A stretch of DNA of 64,000 nt from Zygnema circumcarinatum SAG 698-1b (GCA_037447605.1 CM074823.1:1426001-1490000), one strand, 5' to 3'. Shown: positions 18,987 through 31,967, counted from the stretch's first letter. Made by a program: numbers and translations. Notes: generated from the letters alone by a model not told the origin.

Positions 18987-21900
18987 ATGGCGGCGCTGTA
19001 CAACCCGCAGAAGATGGAGGAGCGGAAGCTGTACGCGAACGTGTGGCACACCGACTTGAAGGGCGCTATCAAGGCCGACTGCGGCTGTGAGCGCCGCGGG
19101 GGACAGGGTTCAGAGCCAGGGGGGGGGGGGCGGTTGCGGGGGCGGGGGTGGGGGCGGGGGCGGGGCCCGGAAAGGGTTCAGGGTGAAGGGCAGGGAGGGG
19201 CTGGCCGGGCTTTGGGACCCGCCGCTTTCGGGTGGGGGAGGGGGGAGGAAGGGGAGAGGGGGCTAGAGACTGGAGAGAAATGGGGGAGAGAGGGGGAGAG
19301 ATGGGGAGAGAGGGGGAGGAAGGGGGAGAGAAGGGGAGAGAGGGGGAGGAAGGGGGAGAGAGGGGGAGAAAGGGGGAAAGATGCAGAGTGGAGCATTGCA
19401 GTAGGGAGGGAGGAAGGGAGGAGGGAGGGTGGGGGAGCGGGGGGAGGGTTCTAAGAGTGAGCAGGGGGAGTAAGGAGTGGAGAGAGGGAGAGAGTGTGAG
19501 GGCAGGCGACAGAGGGCGGGAGTGAAATCGAGAAATGAGAAGGCGGGAGATGGGGTTCTTTTTTTTCTAAATGAAATATTTGTTACTGTCTGCACGATAG
19601 GAAATGTTTCGTGGGTTGGGGGGAACTGAGATGGTCGAGTATGGGGAAAGAAAATAAAAAGATACATAGAAATAGGACCCAATGCCTCTAGACACTGAAG
19701 CTCTATGCTCTATTCGTTGATTCCGTACAGTGCACATGGAAAGGGTGAACTTAATGAGCAGGGGTATGGCATTAACTGTTTGCGGAAGCGACTAGTTTTG
19801 AACATGGAATCTCGGTAACAGCAGCTTGGCTTCATTCTTTAAAAATAGTAGGAAAAGACTCTTCTTGTTAGGAACTAAGGTTATATGTTGAGCTTCATTA
19901 TGTCTCCCCATTTCCTTCTCTGCTTGTTCTCTTTTTTTCATCAAACCACTCCTTACTTTCTTGTTCTGGGGTTGTTGGAATGCAGTCTGCTGCCTCTCTA
20001 TCATAGCGTAAGCTCTCACAAAAGCACTCCCAACTCTGAAATCATTAGGATATTAAACTGTAGAACCGTTTGGCTCTTCTTGAAAGTATACCCTTTACAG
20101 TTGTTTGATTCTTGTGCCTCTTCTTCAACTCTGCAATGCAAATCCATTGTGGTTTTCGCTTTCTCCATTCACTGTTCATGGGTGATTCTATTGCTTGTGC
20201 TTCCCTCTCCTTCTCCTTCTCCCTCTCCCTCTCCCTCTCCCTCTCCCTCTCCCTCTCCCTCTCCCTCTCCCTCTCCTTGTCCTCTCCCTCTCCCTCTCCC
20301 TCTCCCTCTCCCTCTCCCTCTCCCTCTCCTTGTCCTCTCTCTCTCCCTCTCCCTCTCCCTCTCCTTGTCCTCTCTCTCTCCCTCTCCCTCTCCCTCTCCC
20401 TCTCCCTCTCCCTCTCCCTCTCCCTCTCCCTCTCCTTGTCCACTCTCTCTCCCTCTCCCTCTCCCTCTCCCTCTCCTTGTCCTCTCTCTCTCTCCCTCTC
20501 CCGGGATGGTGCATGTCGGCCCACATGTTGTTTATTGGAGATTTGCAGGGGCCCTTGCGTTTCTTACTGCCTGCGCGCTCGCACTCTCTATGGCGATATG
20601 ACGCGGTACATTCGGAAAACCCTTCAACTTTCAACCTTCGAATGACTAGAACGTTTCGTAAGGACCACACAATTGATTGATCATGTTTACTTTGTTGGAT
20701 GTGCAATTCGATGTGTCATGCACTTTGCATGTGTTGTACATGTATGATGTATAACGCGAACGTTGTAATGATCACGGTAAAAGATGTAGCCGATGGGCAT
20801 GTTGACACGCTTATGGAAGTGATATTTAGAAGTCTTCCATAGAATCACATGCATGTCGGTGTATTGTTTGTTCACTGCATGCTGTTTTAGGCTCACACAT
20901 TGCATGTTGCTATTGCATTGCATGATTTGTGAATGCCCTCGCGAGCAGGTATCAGTGCTGCGGAGGATACATGCCCTGCAGCGGGAAATGCGGGGAACAG
21001 AAATGTCCCGAGTGCTGCCTCTGCCTTGAGGTGTGCCCTCACCCCTCAGCCTCCCTCTCAACTTACTAACTTTGAACCCAACTCCCCCCCCCCTTGTGCT
21101 TGAAACCTCCGGAAAGTTTTTCCGTCAAGAAGCAGCCTTTTCCGTATTCCCTGCACCCCCACCCTAACCCGAACCTGCCGGCCCTGCAGGTGTTCCTCTG
21201 CTTCGCACCGTCAGTAGCCTCTACTCGCTTTCTGCTGCAAGACCAGTTCAACCTGCAGACCACTCCCTGCGACAACTGCCTCATTGTGGGCACACGCACC
21301 CGGGCAGGGGGGTGGGAGAGGGAGAGGGAGAGGGAGAGGGAGAGGGAGAGGGAGAGGGAGAGGGAGAGTGGGAGAGAGAGAGGGAGAGGTTAGAGCAGGT
21401 GGGTGAGGGAGGGGCGAGAGGGAGGCGAGGGAGAGGGAGAGTGGGAGAGAGGGAGGGAGAGGTTAGAGCAGGTGGGTGCGGGAGGGGCGAGAGGGAGGCG
21501 AGGGAGAGGGAGAGTGGGAGAGAGGGAGGGAGAGGTTAAAGCAGGTGGGTGAGGGAGGGGCGAGAGGGAGGCGAGGGAGAGGGAGAGGGAGAGTGGGAGA
21601 GAGGGAGGGAGAGGTTGGAGCAGGTGGGTGAGGGAGGGGCGAGAGGGAGGCGAGGGAGAGGGAGAGGGAGAGTGGGAGAGAGGGAGGGAGAGGTTGGAGC
21701 AGGTGGGTGAGGGAGGGGCGAGAGGGAGGCGAGGGAGGAGAGAGGGAGGGGAGGGAGGGAGGGGACAGAGCAGGAAAGGAGAGAGTAAATCGAGGGGAGT
21801 TGACAGAGCAGGTGGAGAGAGTGGGAAAGAAGGGAGCAGATGGGAGAGGGACGAGAGGAGGAGAGCGGTGGAGGACGACGAGACGAGAGGGATAAAAGGG

Positions 21901-23300
21901 AATGGGGGCGTAGGAGGCGAGAGGAGATGGTAGAGTAGAGAGGGTGCTTAAATCATTCGTCCATCATTCGTCGTAGAGACAAAAATTTTGAGCTTGCCTT
22001 GGAGCCAAAAAAACCTAATTTATGTTTCTACAATTCGTGCGAGGGAAAAGGGAGAGAAGAAACGAGAGAAATGTGAAACGGTGATTTGTTGAAATAAGAG
22101 GATGCAGATATAATGTGACAATTTTTTTGTTTTGTGGGGTTCAGGGCTTCATGTTCGTCCTGCAGCAGGTGGCCTGCGTGTTCTCCATCATCGCGTGCAT
22201 TACTGGCAACGATACGCTCGGCGATATATCGCAGGCCTTGAACTGCGCCGCTGACATCGTGTGGTGCTCGTAAGAACCCTCCGCATGCTTAAACCCTCAA
22301 ACATAAAAAAGCAATGGCAACAACATGTGATAACAACAATAACAGTAATGACTAAAACATACAACTTTAACTCTTCGACCGGAACACAAAACTTCAACTC
22401 TAAAGTTCATAACTTTCAATTGGAGTGAAACCTGCAGCTTTGCTTTGAGAATGTGGGCGTATTAGCTCTGCGTGTTTTTAATTGCGTGTCATTTGGGTCT
22501 AAAGCTTGATTGGGAAAACATTGCATTTGAGAGGCAGGTTGAACTGTTACTCATATCACAGCTAAGGCATTAAATCAGACCAACCCCCCAAGAATCACGT
22601 GGTTTATTTACTTATTTATTTTGTGCGGTTTTCTTTCTCTATTGGTCTGGGGGGGAATGTTCGCAGAGTCTGTGCCTGCATACAGGTGAGAAGCGTCTTC
22701 GTTTGGTTTGGGGGTAAACCAAGCCTTTAGGAAACCTTCAAAGGATATTTTGCCATTGCATGCGTTCCTCGCTTTGAGTTTCTTCGGTTTGTTAAGGTTT
22801 AAGTGGATCGAGGAGGATCACACTTTTTGGTAGAACATGGCATTGTTAGGATTTGATGTTTTCCCGTTTCCCGGTTTAACTCTTTAATTTTTTGTAATCA
22901 GACTCAGCACAAGGTGCAGCTCGACAAACGCGACGGCAAGTTCGGGGATGTGCCCGTAACGCAGCCGCCGCCGCTCCAACAGATGATGCGAGCGGTAAAC
23001 CCTAAACCCTAAAGACTTCATCTAACCCTAAACGCTGAACCCTAACCCTAAAACTCCAAATCGTATTCCCGACACCAACTCTGAATACCAACCGTAAAAC
23101 CTGAGTGCCTAAGGGAGGCGCAGACGTTGACATTTAGTACGGAATTGGACATCCCTCAATTCTTTTATCCCAAGCTCTCGATCGAAATACAGAGCGGTGT
23201 ATCTCCACGTGCAAGAGTTGGAGTATTTGATCTGCAGTTCGTCAATGCTGACTTTTTTTTTTTTCTGTTTTGGTTTTTTGTATGTTTGCAGGAATATTAA
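18987..23300 (+). CDS. PLAC8 / cell-number-regulator-like cysteine-rich protein
   Basis: Exons 18987-19086, 19986-20007, 20549-20605, 20949-21030, 21190-21285, 22145-22269, 22667-22685, 22902-22994 and a tentative last exon 23292-23300. Peptides NVWHTDL, GPCVSYCLRARTLYGDMTRYQCCGGYMPCSGKCGEQKCPE, VASTRFLLQDQFNLQTTPCDNCL and VCACIQTQHKVQLDKRDG. Confidence 0.92.
20200..20500 (+). repeat. (CTCTCC)n-type intronic repeat
   Basis: Hexamer array with internal TTGTCC variants, ending about 50 nt before a PLAC8 acceptor. Confidence 0.9.
21310..21780 (+). repeat. 73-79-bp purine-rich intronic minisatellite
   Basis: GCAGGTGGGTG at 21395, 21468, 21541, 21620 and 21699. Confidence 0.85.
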
Positions 23301-23724
23301 TTTGTCGATTTTGGCCTCGGCTCATAGTTTCTTACTTCTTGACCTTACTACGCTGCGTCAGGCGGCATTTGATTGGTTGGTGAAATTTTACTTAGTGCTT
23401 ACAGATTGTTCTGTCGAGAAGACAGAGAGTCCTCTTATGTTGGTAGGGTTGGACTGCGGGTAGTTGGGGTAGTGTTAAGCTGAACTGCCAACAGTGCGCA
23501 TGGAACGTGGCCCATCTGCGAGCAGTTGGTCCTGCCGTGCATGCAGCGCTGTGTGGCGGAGACTCAAAATTATATTGTGATAAGGAGAGCGAGATTTAGC
23601 GTTAGAGCCGCAGCGAGTGAGTGAGTGATGTTTGCGTTGTGGCTCGCTCAAGCACACTCGCGATGGAATATCTCGGCTTGGGTACATGGCTGCGTTGATG
23701 CTCTGGTTGAGAGAGTCGTGTGTG

Positions 23725-24365
23725 TGGGTGGGGAGGGGAGAGAGGGAGAGAGGGGGAGAGGGGGAGAGGGAGAGAGGGGGTGAGGGGAGATGGGGAGAGG
23801 GGGAGAGGGAGAGGGGGAGAGGGGGAGAGGGGGGAGAGGGGGGAGAGGGGGAGAGGGGGGAGAGGGGGAGAGGGGGAGAGGGGGAGAGGGGGAGAGGGGG
23901 AGAGGGAGAGGGAGAGGGAGAGGGAGAGGGGGGGAGAGGGAGAGGGGGGAGAGGGGGAGAGGGAGAGGGGGGAGAGGGAGAGGGGGAGAGGGGGAGAGGG
24001 GGAGAGGGGGAGAGGGGGAGAGGGGGAGAGGGAGAGGGGGGGAGGGGGGAGAGGGGGAGGGGGAGAGGGGGAGAGGGAGAGGGGGAGAGGGGGAGAGGGG
24101 GAGAGGGAGAGGGGGAGAGGGGGAGAGGGAGGGGAGAGGGAGAGGGGGAGAGGGAGAGGGGAGGAGGGGGAGAGGGGGAGAGGGGGAGAGGGGGAGAGGG
24201 AGAGGGAGAGGGGGAGAGGGAGAGGGAGAGGGGGAGAGGGGGAGGGGGAAGGGGGAGAGGGGGAGAGGGGGAGAGGGGGAGGGGGGGAGAGGGGGGGAGG
24301 GGGGAGAGGGGGAGAGGGGGAGGGGGGAGAGGGGGAGGGGGAGAGGGGGAGTGGAGAGGGCTGAG
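23725..24365 (+). repeat. About 640-bp G/A polypurine tract between convergent genes
   Basis: GGGGGAGAG / GGGAGA variants, almost no pyrimidines. Confidence 0.95.
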
Positions 24366-24530
24366 GGGGTGGAGACGGTAGAGAGGTTAAGGGGGGAGTG
24401 CCGAGGGGCTGAGAGATAATTGCACATTAAAGAATGTACTACCAAAGAAGTAGCATGTACACTGTAAGGAGTCAACAGTATTTTCAAGAATCAACCCGAA
24501 AGATAACCCCGAAGTTATCTTCTGCATCGA

Positions 24531-26038
24531 TCAAGCCGGAGCTTCTACGTTATGCGCGAAAATCCATTTCTCCCTTATGGATTTCAAACGCGTATTTATG
24601 TACATAGTCTGTGAAGGGGCCGCCTCTCCCGAACGGTTACTGTGCATAGACACATGTGCGGCCCTGCGTGCGCCTCTAACAGGACTACTCTGAAACTCTC
24701 TGCAGAAATCTGACATTCACAGCTCATGCATGAAAATACACAATGTCAGCGAAGGGGACGGTCAAGATTTCTCCAACAACAAAAAGAAAACGAAGCAAAT
24801 GAGCATGAAAGAATTAGAAATTCAAAAAAGGATGGAAAATGAGCCTTACTTTCGGGCACACGTGCGGTAGAGGCGGCTTCGGTTGTGGTCTATTTCCCCC
24901 TCCTCCAGCTGCTCCGTGGAGAAGAACTCCAATTCTCAGAGCCAACAAAAACATTGCAGAAGACTGGCAAATCTATGCTTCCGTTAACAATTTTACATGC
25001 AATTGAAATTCCACACATAGAACGGGACTCGTAACGGTCGACCAGACGGACCTTCCCGTTGCACAGTAGTCGTTAAGGGTTGTTACATAGAAAAGGAGCT
25101 CACAGGATCGGAGCCGTAAACCTCCTCATAACAGGTTGGAGCAACGCATCTAAGGGCACAGTTTTCTCGCTCGATTTCCGATTTCATGCAATGCCGACCG
25201 AGAACAGCACTACGCAAACAATGGACATGAAAGGCTCCCCCTTTCAGAAAAACCCCACACAACAAGATCATAACAGAGAGGAAATGAAACACAAAAGCAT
25301 ATCTAGCAAAAAACGTGGGATAGATATAACGCAACATAACATGAATGAGGGCTTGTGAAGGAATGGAATGTCGCACAACTACACCAAAATGGGTTCGCTC
25401 TCGGTCTAAAGCTTTCCAAGCCTTCAGGCATTTATCGGTGTTTTAGGTCGCTGGGGTTTATAGAGATCAGTTTTCAACTGGATGCAAATAATTGTTTATT
25501 ATTCATGTGTAAAGAAAAGAGGAAGGGATATGCGGGAAAGATTCAAAGTCCGAAGGGTCAAACAACAACCAAAGCAAACAAAAGGGGGAGGGAGGCCTGA
25601 ATGGCCACCAATGCGAGCAGGAAGAAGACACAATGGGAGAGCTCACTTGTCAATGCTTGCATAGCATCCCTGCTTCGCCTCCCGCAACTCGCGATCCTGC
25701 GCAGCGGATAAAGAAAGGGGTAATGCGACATTTAGGGTGCTTCGGGATGAGAGTGAGAGAGGGGGGTGGGGGAAGGGAGAGCGGGGGACGGGAAGAAAGG
25801 CGGACGGCAAGAAGGAGAGAGAGAGAGAGAGGGAAAAGGGAGAGTGGGAGGGAGGGATACAGACGGAAGGGGAAGGAAGGAGAGATAGAGAGAGAGGGAG
25901 AGAGGAGCCAGTTACTAGCACTACATGAAGGTTCTTGTTGCTGTTGACCGCCCGCTTCTTCTTGACCTTATTTTCCGCGGACGTGCTAAGCAAGAGTGCG
26001 CACAGCAGGGCCGCGAGAAGTGCTCGTCGCATCTTCAA
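24531..26038 (-). CDS. Small secreted cysteine-rich protein, DUF4787-like
   Basis: Exons 26038-25925, 25696-25647, 25209-25104, 24908-24850, and a tentative last exon 24699-24531. Signal peptide MRRALLAALLCALLLSTSA; CYASIDN..HCMKSEIERENCALRCVAPTCYEEVYGSDPLEEGEID. Confidence 0.8.
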
Positions 26039-26218
26039 GATTCAGGGTCCGCAGAGCTGCGACTGCTGCAGGGCTACAAGGTGTAGAATTGAGAGGAAGA
26101 GTTTGAAAGTCAGGGTCAAGTTAACCACATCTACAAGGGTTAGGTTAGGATGAGGGCGAAGGTGAATAACTGAAATTAGGTTGAGGATTAGGGTTGAGCC
26201 GGGGGTGAAGTACTGAAA

Positions 26219-26326
26219 TTAGGGTTAGGGTTAGGGTTAGGGTTAGGGTTAGGGTTAGGGTTAGGGTTAGGGTTAGGGTTAGGGTTAGGGTTAGGGTTAG
26301 GGTTAGGGTTAGGGTTAGGGTTAGGG
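26219..26326 (+). repeat. Perfect interstitial telomere-type array (TTAGGG)18
   Basis: 108 bp of uninterrupted TTAGGG. Confidence 0.97.
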
Positions 26327-26957
26327 CGACGGTGAAGAACTAACATTAGGGGTACAGTTATTGAAGGTCCGGACTTGTAAGCAGCGAAGGTCGCCGATGT
26401 GCAACACAGCGCGGAGGGAGCGTTAAGGTTTGATGAATGAAAGGCATTCTGCTTCAGACGCGCTGCTGTTTTGCGAGGCTGCAAGATGCGAATCATTTGG
26501 CAACTGCAGCCCAAGGAGTCGGAGTCCCAACCATTCTGAAATTTCAGATAGATGTAACTTTTCATGGCACTTCGGACGCTGCATTGCACCATGGCCATCC
26601 ATGGGCGTTTAGGGTTCTTTCCATGGCATGGTCGTCCGCAGGCACCATGTGGACATGGCCATTCCAACAGCCAAGTACCATCACACCATGCTTCCTTTCA
26701 CATCTCATTTGGAGACGCAACTGAACTCAAAAAACTGCAACAGAGACACTTATTCTGACACCAAATTTCCCCTTGTTCACTGCAACTAAGTTGTCACATT
26801 TTCTGATCTGACCATTATCCCTCCCTCTCCCCTTTACACAATCTAACTGTCCCATCCTCAGCACCCTCAGCCCCTTCTCTCTCTCACTCCCACATCTCCT
26901 CGCCCTCCCTTCCCCTACCCTCTCCCTCTCCCTCTCCCTCTCTCTCTCTCCCTCCCC

Positions 26958-29886
26958 TCACGCTCCCCCCCCTCCTTCCACTTCATTCATGACCGGTGCA
27001 GGCACAGCAGACCCATCCTCAGCTCCTCCTGCTGCTGCAGCAGTATTCCCATCGGCCTCTCCTGCGCTGCCACCTGTCGCCTCCCCTTTGGCTGCATTCT
27101 GCGTCACGCCATACTGCGCCCTCCCTGCTCCGCCTCTCCCTCTCCCTCGGCCTCTCCCTCGGCCCCGACCTCGCCCTGCAAGGAAGGAAGAACAAGAAAG
27201 AAACGGAAGGAAAGAAAATAAAAGAAAAAAAGGAAGAAAAGAAAGGAAGAGCAAGGAAGGAGGAACTCTTAGGAGTTTCTTAACGTATTCTCCACGACTT
27301 TTTTTAAAGTAAACAAAACATCTTCCGAAAACTCGAGAACTAGAAATAAAGCTCCCAAAAGTCTTAGGACTCCAAGAAGCCCCCCCCCCAAAACCTCGCA
27401 AAAAAACCCACACAACTGCAAGCCAAAACAAACCCTAAACCGACATACCTCGCGGCAGGTCTCCCACGTGCGGACCTCGAACCTCATAGGCGGCGCCGCC
27501 CCCCATGGCCTGGTCATATTCCGTACCGTACGGTCCGGCCTCCCCTCCCATGTCTCCGTTATAGTTACCGACCGGAGCCGCATCACCCGCATAGAACTGT
27601 TCCGGTCCGCCATAGCCTCCCTGGCCTCTCCCGCCCCTGAACCCTCCGTAGCCGCCTCTCCCTCTCCCTCTACCTCTCCCTCTCCCTCTCCTCGGCGGCC
27701 CACCATACTCTCCCTCGTAGGGCACATGCTCAGGTGCATTGTACACTCCACCATAATCGGCGGCTGCAGAATCGCAGTCGAAATGAATTAATCGACTTTT
27801 CAGCATTGGATGATCTATTGATATCGAGATTGGGGGCACTAAATGTTTGAAGGGGTTCAAAAAGGAAAAGAGTTTGAGGCTTCAATGGCTGTTGAGACAT
27901 TCAGAAGTCAGGGTTTTTCGAGTACATAAACCACAGTCAGTCACTTGACCCACCTGCACCGCCTCTGCTGCCTCTCCCTCTGCCTCTCCCGCGGGCCCGC
28001 CCTCGACCCCGGCTTTGCTCCCCTGCATTATGCATCCCGGTTTCCAGGGTTTTTAGGGTTTTAGGGTTTTTAGGGTTTATAGGGTTTCAGAACAAAAACA
28101 AGCTTTCAGAGTTCCAAAGAGCCGATTACGCATCCGTTTGTGAGGCTATGCAAAGAGACTTTCAAATCACATATCCATTAGCGGTCGAGTTTGATCGTGT
28201 CATCGCCTACATGTGAAAGCAGCTCTGCAGAACGAGCCACAGTGACACCCGCTCTCAACACGACAGCCCCTCACTGAAGTTCAGAAAGAGCATCTACCTC
28301 CATCCATCTCCAATGCCCCCATTTGGTTCACAATGTCGGATGGAAATGCCGCTTGCTGCTGCTGCTGCTGCTGCTGTTGCTGCTGTTGTTGCTGCTGCTG
28401 CTGTCTGCACCTCGTCCCGAACTTATCTTATTAAATTCAAATCATTCTAACAACAAAGACGTGTTTTGCTTGGCAAACAGTTTCCATACAAGCACTGTAA
28501 CATCAAGCAAGAGCAAAGACTCCTTCGCACGATTCGCCTCACTTTAGAAATACCAAAAAGAAATCACAAGAAGTATCCTCCTTATCCCCCTAAAGCTTAG
28601 AAACGCACAAAGGTGCAATAACCCCCCCTCTTTCACTGCCCCTCTCCCTCACTCTCTCCCTTCCTCTCCTCTCTCTCTCTCTCTCTCTCTGTCTTGAGTA
28701 GCAGCACAACTCACTCTAAGGCGGCCGGGTCAATAGGCACTTTCGAGAGCGTGATGGAGATCATGGACACGTGGCGCGTGGTTTCCAGCCTGGCCCCGCC
28801 CTCCTTTCCATTCAATCAGGGACACAGGTAGAAGGAGATAATGAGACGCGAGAGAGAGGCGAAAGGAGAGAGCGGGAGAGAGAATGGGTGCATCACATTG
28901 AACTTTCCCTAAAAGCCAAAAGAAAATCCTGAAACCAACCTATGAAAATTACAAAATTTTAGAAGAGGACCGCCTGCAAACCCTAATTCGAGGGCAGAGA
29001 AAGCTCACGGAAGGAGGCCCTCCTCAAGTGGCTCCCAGAGGTCAGTGATGTCCGTCGACCCGATGGTCGTGTTCTGGTGGAGCCCTTCAATCCTCCTCTG
29101 CATGCACGAAACAAACATCGTGTTTACAAAGCATGAATGAATAAGTTTTAACTGCGATCCACAATTGCTGCTTATTTAATGTAAATGCCAAACGTCAGGC
29201 GCTAATCGAATTTTTTTAAGTACTAAGGGAGACGTGTTTCTCCAATGCTTGAAAGGGTTCCCAGCGACTCCCAGTCACAACGAACACGGAAAAACTAATC
29301 TTCAAGTGGTTCACTAGACCCCCCAAAATGCAGTCACAGAGAAAACTGGAAAGAGGAAAAGGAAAAACGCAAATGAGAATATCCAGATAGCCGATTCGAG
29401 CCCCAATCCTGACAGCTGCCACGGAGACTAACCCCACAAGAAATAAAAAAAAACCAAAATCGGAATAAATGAAACCTGACCCAAGAGCCCAAACTCTAAA
29501 GGGCTGCCCCAGCAAGCAGAGCTCCAAATACCGAAAATGAGCACTCGGAAAAAGGGCCCTGTTGTCCAATTGAAGCCTGAACCCTCACCTCAGTTCCAGC
29601 CCTCCCTCGCCCCCCAGAGCCCTAACCCTAAATCCCCGAACCCTAACCCCCGCCCGCGGGCGCGCGGGCGCACCTTGATGATCTCGGCGATGGTGACGGT
29701 CTTGTTGATGGCGCGGCCCATGGCCCGCAGCGTGACCTCCTGCGCGCCGCGCTCCTGCAGCAGCGTGGCGGCGTATTCGATGTAGTTGCGCATCTTGCCC
29801 TGCGTCGTGATGCGCATCTCCGTCGCGGACATGGGCGTGCCGCCGCCCTCCGCCTTCGGCTTCTCCACGCGCACATACCGCTCCAT
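26958..29886 (-). CDS. ALBA-domain (Rpp25-type) protein with polyQ and RGG tail, paralog 2
   Basis: Exons 29886-29674, 29097-29009, 28789-28715, 28404-28298, 28022-27954, 27763-27449, 27175-26958, phase-consistent. MERYVRVEKPK..EMRITTQGKMRNYIEYAATLLQE..RAMGRAINKTVTIAEIIKRRIEGLHQNT..TDITDLWEPLEEGLLPLETTRHVSMISITLSK. Confidence 0.94.
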
Positions 29887-30182
29887 GCTCGCCCGCCCGC
29901 CCGCCCGCCCGCTTCTCTCTCGGCCTCTCTACCGCTCTCCCTCTCTCCCTCCCACACTGTATCTCTGTCTCTTTCTCTCTCTGTCTCTCGCGCTCTTTCA
30001 GTGTCTCCTTCCCTTCTTTCCAGCTCCTCCCACTCTCTCTCAATCCCGGAATGTACGCAGAGCTCGCCTACGGAAGCTTCTGGACGCGGGGACTCGCCAG
30101 GGACCCGCCGGTCCCTTCATCTTCGTACGATATGTACGGACAATCCGTACGGCTGGGTATGACGTCACTGAGGGCACGCGAA

Positions 30183-31003
30183 GGATAATTCTCCTGCACC
30201 CCCGCGTTTTGGCTTTCGCACTCCCCTTTGAAAATTTTGCCTGCCCGTTTTGGTTACCCCCCTGTTTTGAATATTTCGGGAGGGAATCTTTTTTCCGCCC
30301 CTCCCGTCCCCTCCCCTCCGCTCCGCCTTTGGTCCTTGCATCTCAGGTAGATGAACAATTGGCTGCTGAATGTTGCTGTTGAGAACGCTAAAGGGAAAAA
30401 ATGTTCCAATTGCAAGCAACCAGGCCACAACTTAAGATCTTTCCTTAATTAGGGGGTCTACAATCCTAACCTGAAAACAGAGAGTAACAGTTGCCCAACA
30501 TCGGTGACCTTTGAAGCTGCGTTTAGGGTTGCGTTTTTGCGCTTAAGCTTAGTTTAATTTAGTTTTTTGCTCCTAGTTTTTTTATTCTGTGCTTCGTTCA
30601 TTTGCGACCAATTTCTTGTGGTTCCCAAAGTTGACTTTGTCCATGATTATTTGATGGCCTCACCATCTTGAGATCAATGCAAATCCCCTTTTCTTTTGTC
30701 GCACATTTTTGGAAGTCAATAGTGAAAAGGAGACAAAGAGGGGGGTGGAATGTCCAGAAAAAGAGGAGTGGAGGGCAAGGGAGGGGAGGGGAGGGGAGGG
30801 AAGGGGAGGGGAGGGGAAGGGAGGGGAGGGGAAGGGAGGGGAGGACAAGGCAGGGGAGGGAGGGGAGGGGAGGGGACGGGAGGGGCGGGAAAAAGATTTC
30901 CTCCCGAAATATTCAAAGCAGGGGGGGTAACCAAAACGGCCAGGCAAAATTTTCAAAAGGGGGGTGCGAAAGCCAAAACGCGGGGGTGCAGTAAGAATAA
31001 TCC
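30183..31003. mobile_element. Non-autonomous Mutator-like element (MULE), copy 1
   Basis: TIRs of about 135 bp starting GGATAATTC..CTGCACCCCCGCGTTTTGGCTTTCGCA. Perfect 9-bp TSD GCACGCGAA at 30174-30182 and 31004-31012. Internal remnant translates to KCSNCKQPGHNLRS (zinc knuckle). Confidence 0.9.
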
Positions 31004-31957
31004 GCACGCGAATGTTGTGGCTCGGTGGCCGTACGGCAGCAGCCTGCAGTTTGTACAAACAAACCCGGGTTTGTCGGGGTTGACCGTTGACCCAATGGCC
31101 TCTGTCCGAGCGGGCCACGGAACTGAACCAACCTTGTACGGCCGGAGGGGACGCGTCCTCGGACTGCCCGAAAAATAAAAAATTGTGCAAACCCTAGATA
31201 AAACGTTTTTAACGGGCAGATTGCGACTTCGGGGCAGTGTGTTTTTTCCCGTTTGCCAGCGCTCGGTTTCTATCTGAAAAGCGGCAAACCGGGAATGAGT
31301 GACGTCATTTTAGCGTCAGCGTGATGCGAGCTTTCGGTTCGAGCTGGAAAGACATGAAGGCCGGCCTCTCCTCCGCAGCGATGGCAATGGCCATGGCGGG
31401 CAGCGGGAGGCGGTGAGGTGGGGGGTGGGGCGGGCCATGGCCGGCCGGCGCGAGGGGCATGGCGGGTGGAAGGAAGGGGAGGGAGGGGGCGCCCGAACCC
31501 TAATTTTTGAACTCTAATTTGTAAGGAATCTGACTGACTTTGCTGTATTTTCCTTTTTGGGATTTGCAATGGAGTGTCCGCTTAATGCACATGCAAAGAG
31601 CATCTCCTGTTTTATAATTTCCATAGCTCATTCAGAATTTCATGACCTTATTATTCTGTATTGGGCCGCGGACATAGACCAGCAGGAAATGCTTTGTGAC
31701 GGAGGCATGCATTGGAGAGTGCCGGCTCTTTTGAGACTTTGTGGGTTCTTATATCTTGGAGAACCTTAGAACTCATGAGTGTTTTTCAGGGAAAAAAAAT
31801 GTTAATCGCTCTGTAACGACTCATGAATCCTACAAACCTTCGGCTCCTATGGGGGGAGGGGGAAGGCGGGGACAGGGGAGGGGGAAGGGGAGGGGGAAGG
31901 GGGATGGAGGAAAGGGGAAAGGGGGTGTAGAGGGGGAGAGAAGGGAAGGGAGGGGGA

Positions 31958-31967
31958 NNNNNNNNNN
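31958..31967. other. Assembly gap (10 N)
   Basis: N run within a G-rich tract upstream of the NYN CDS. Confidence 1.
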
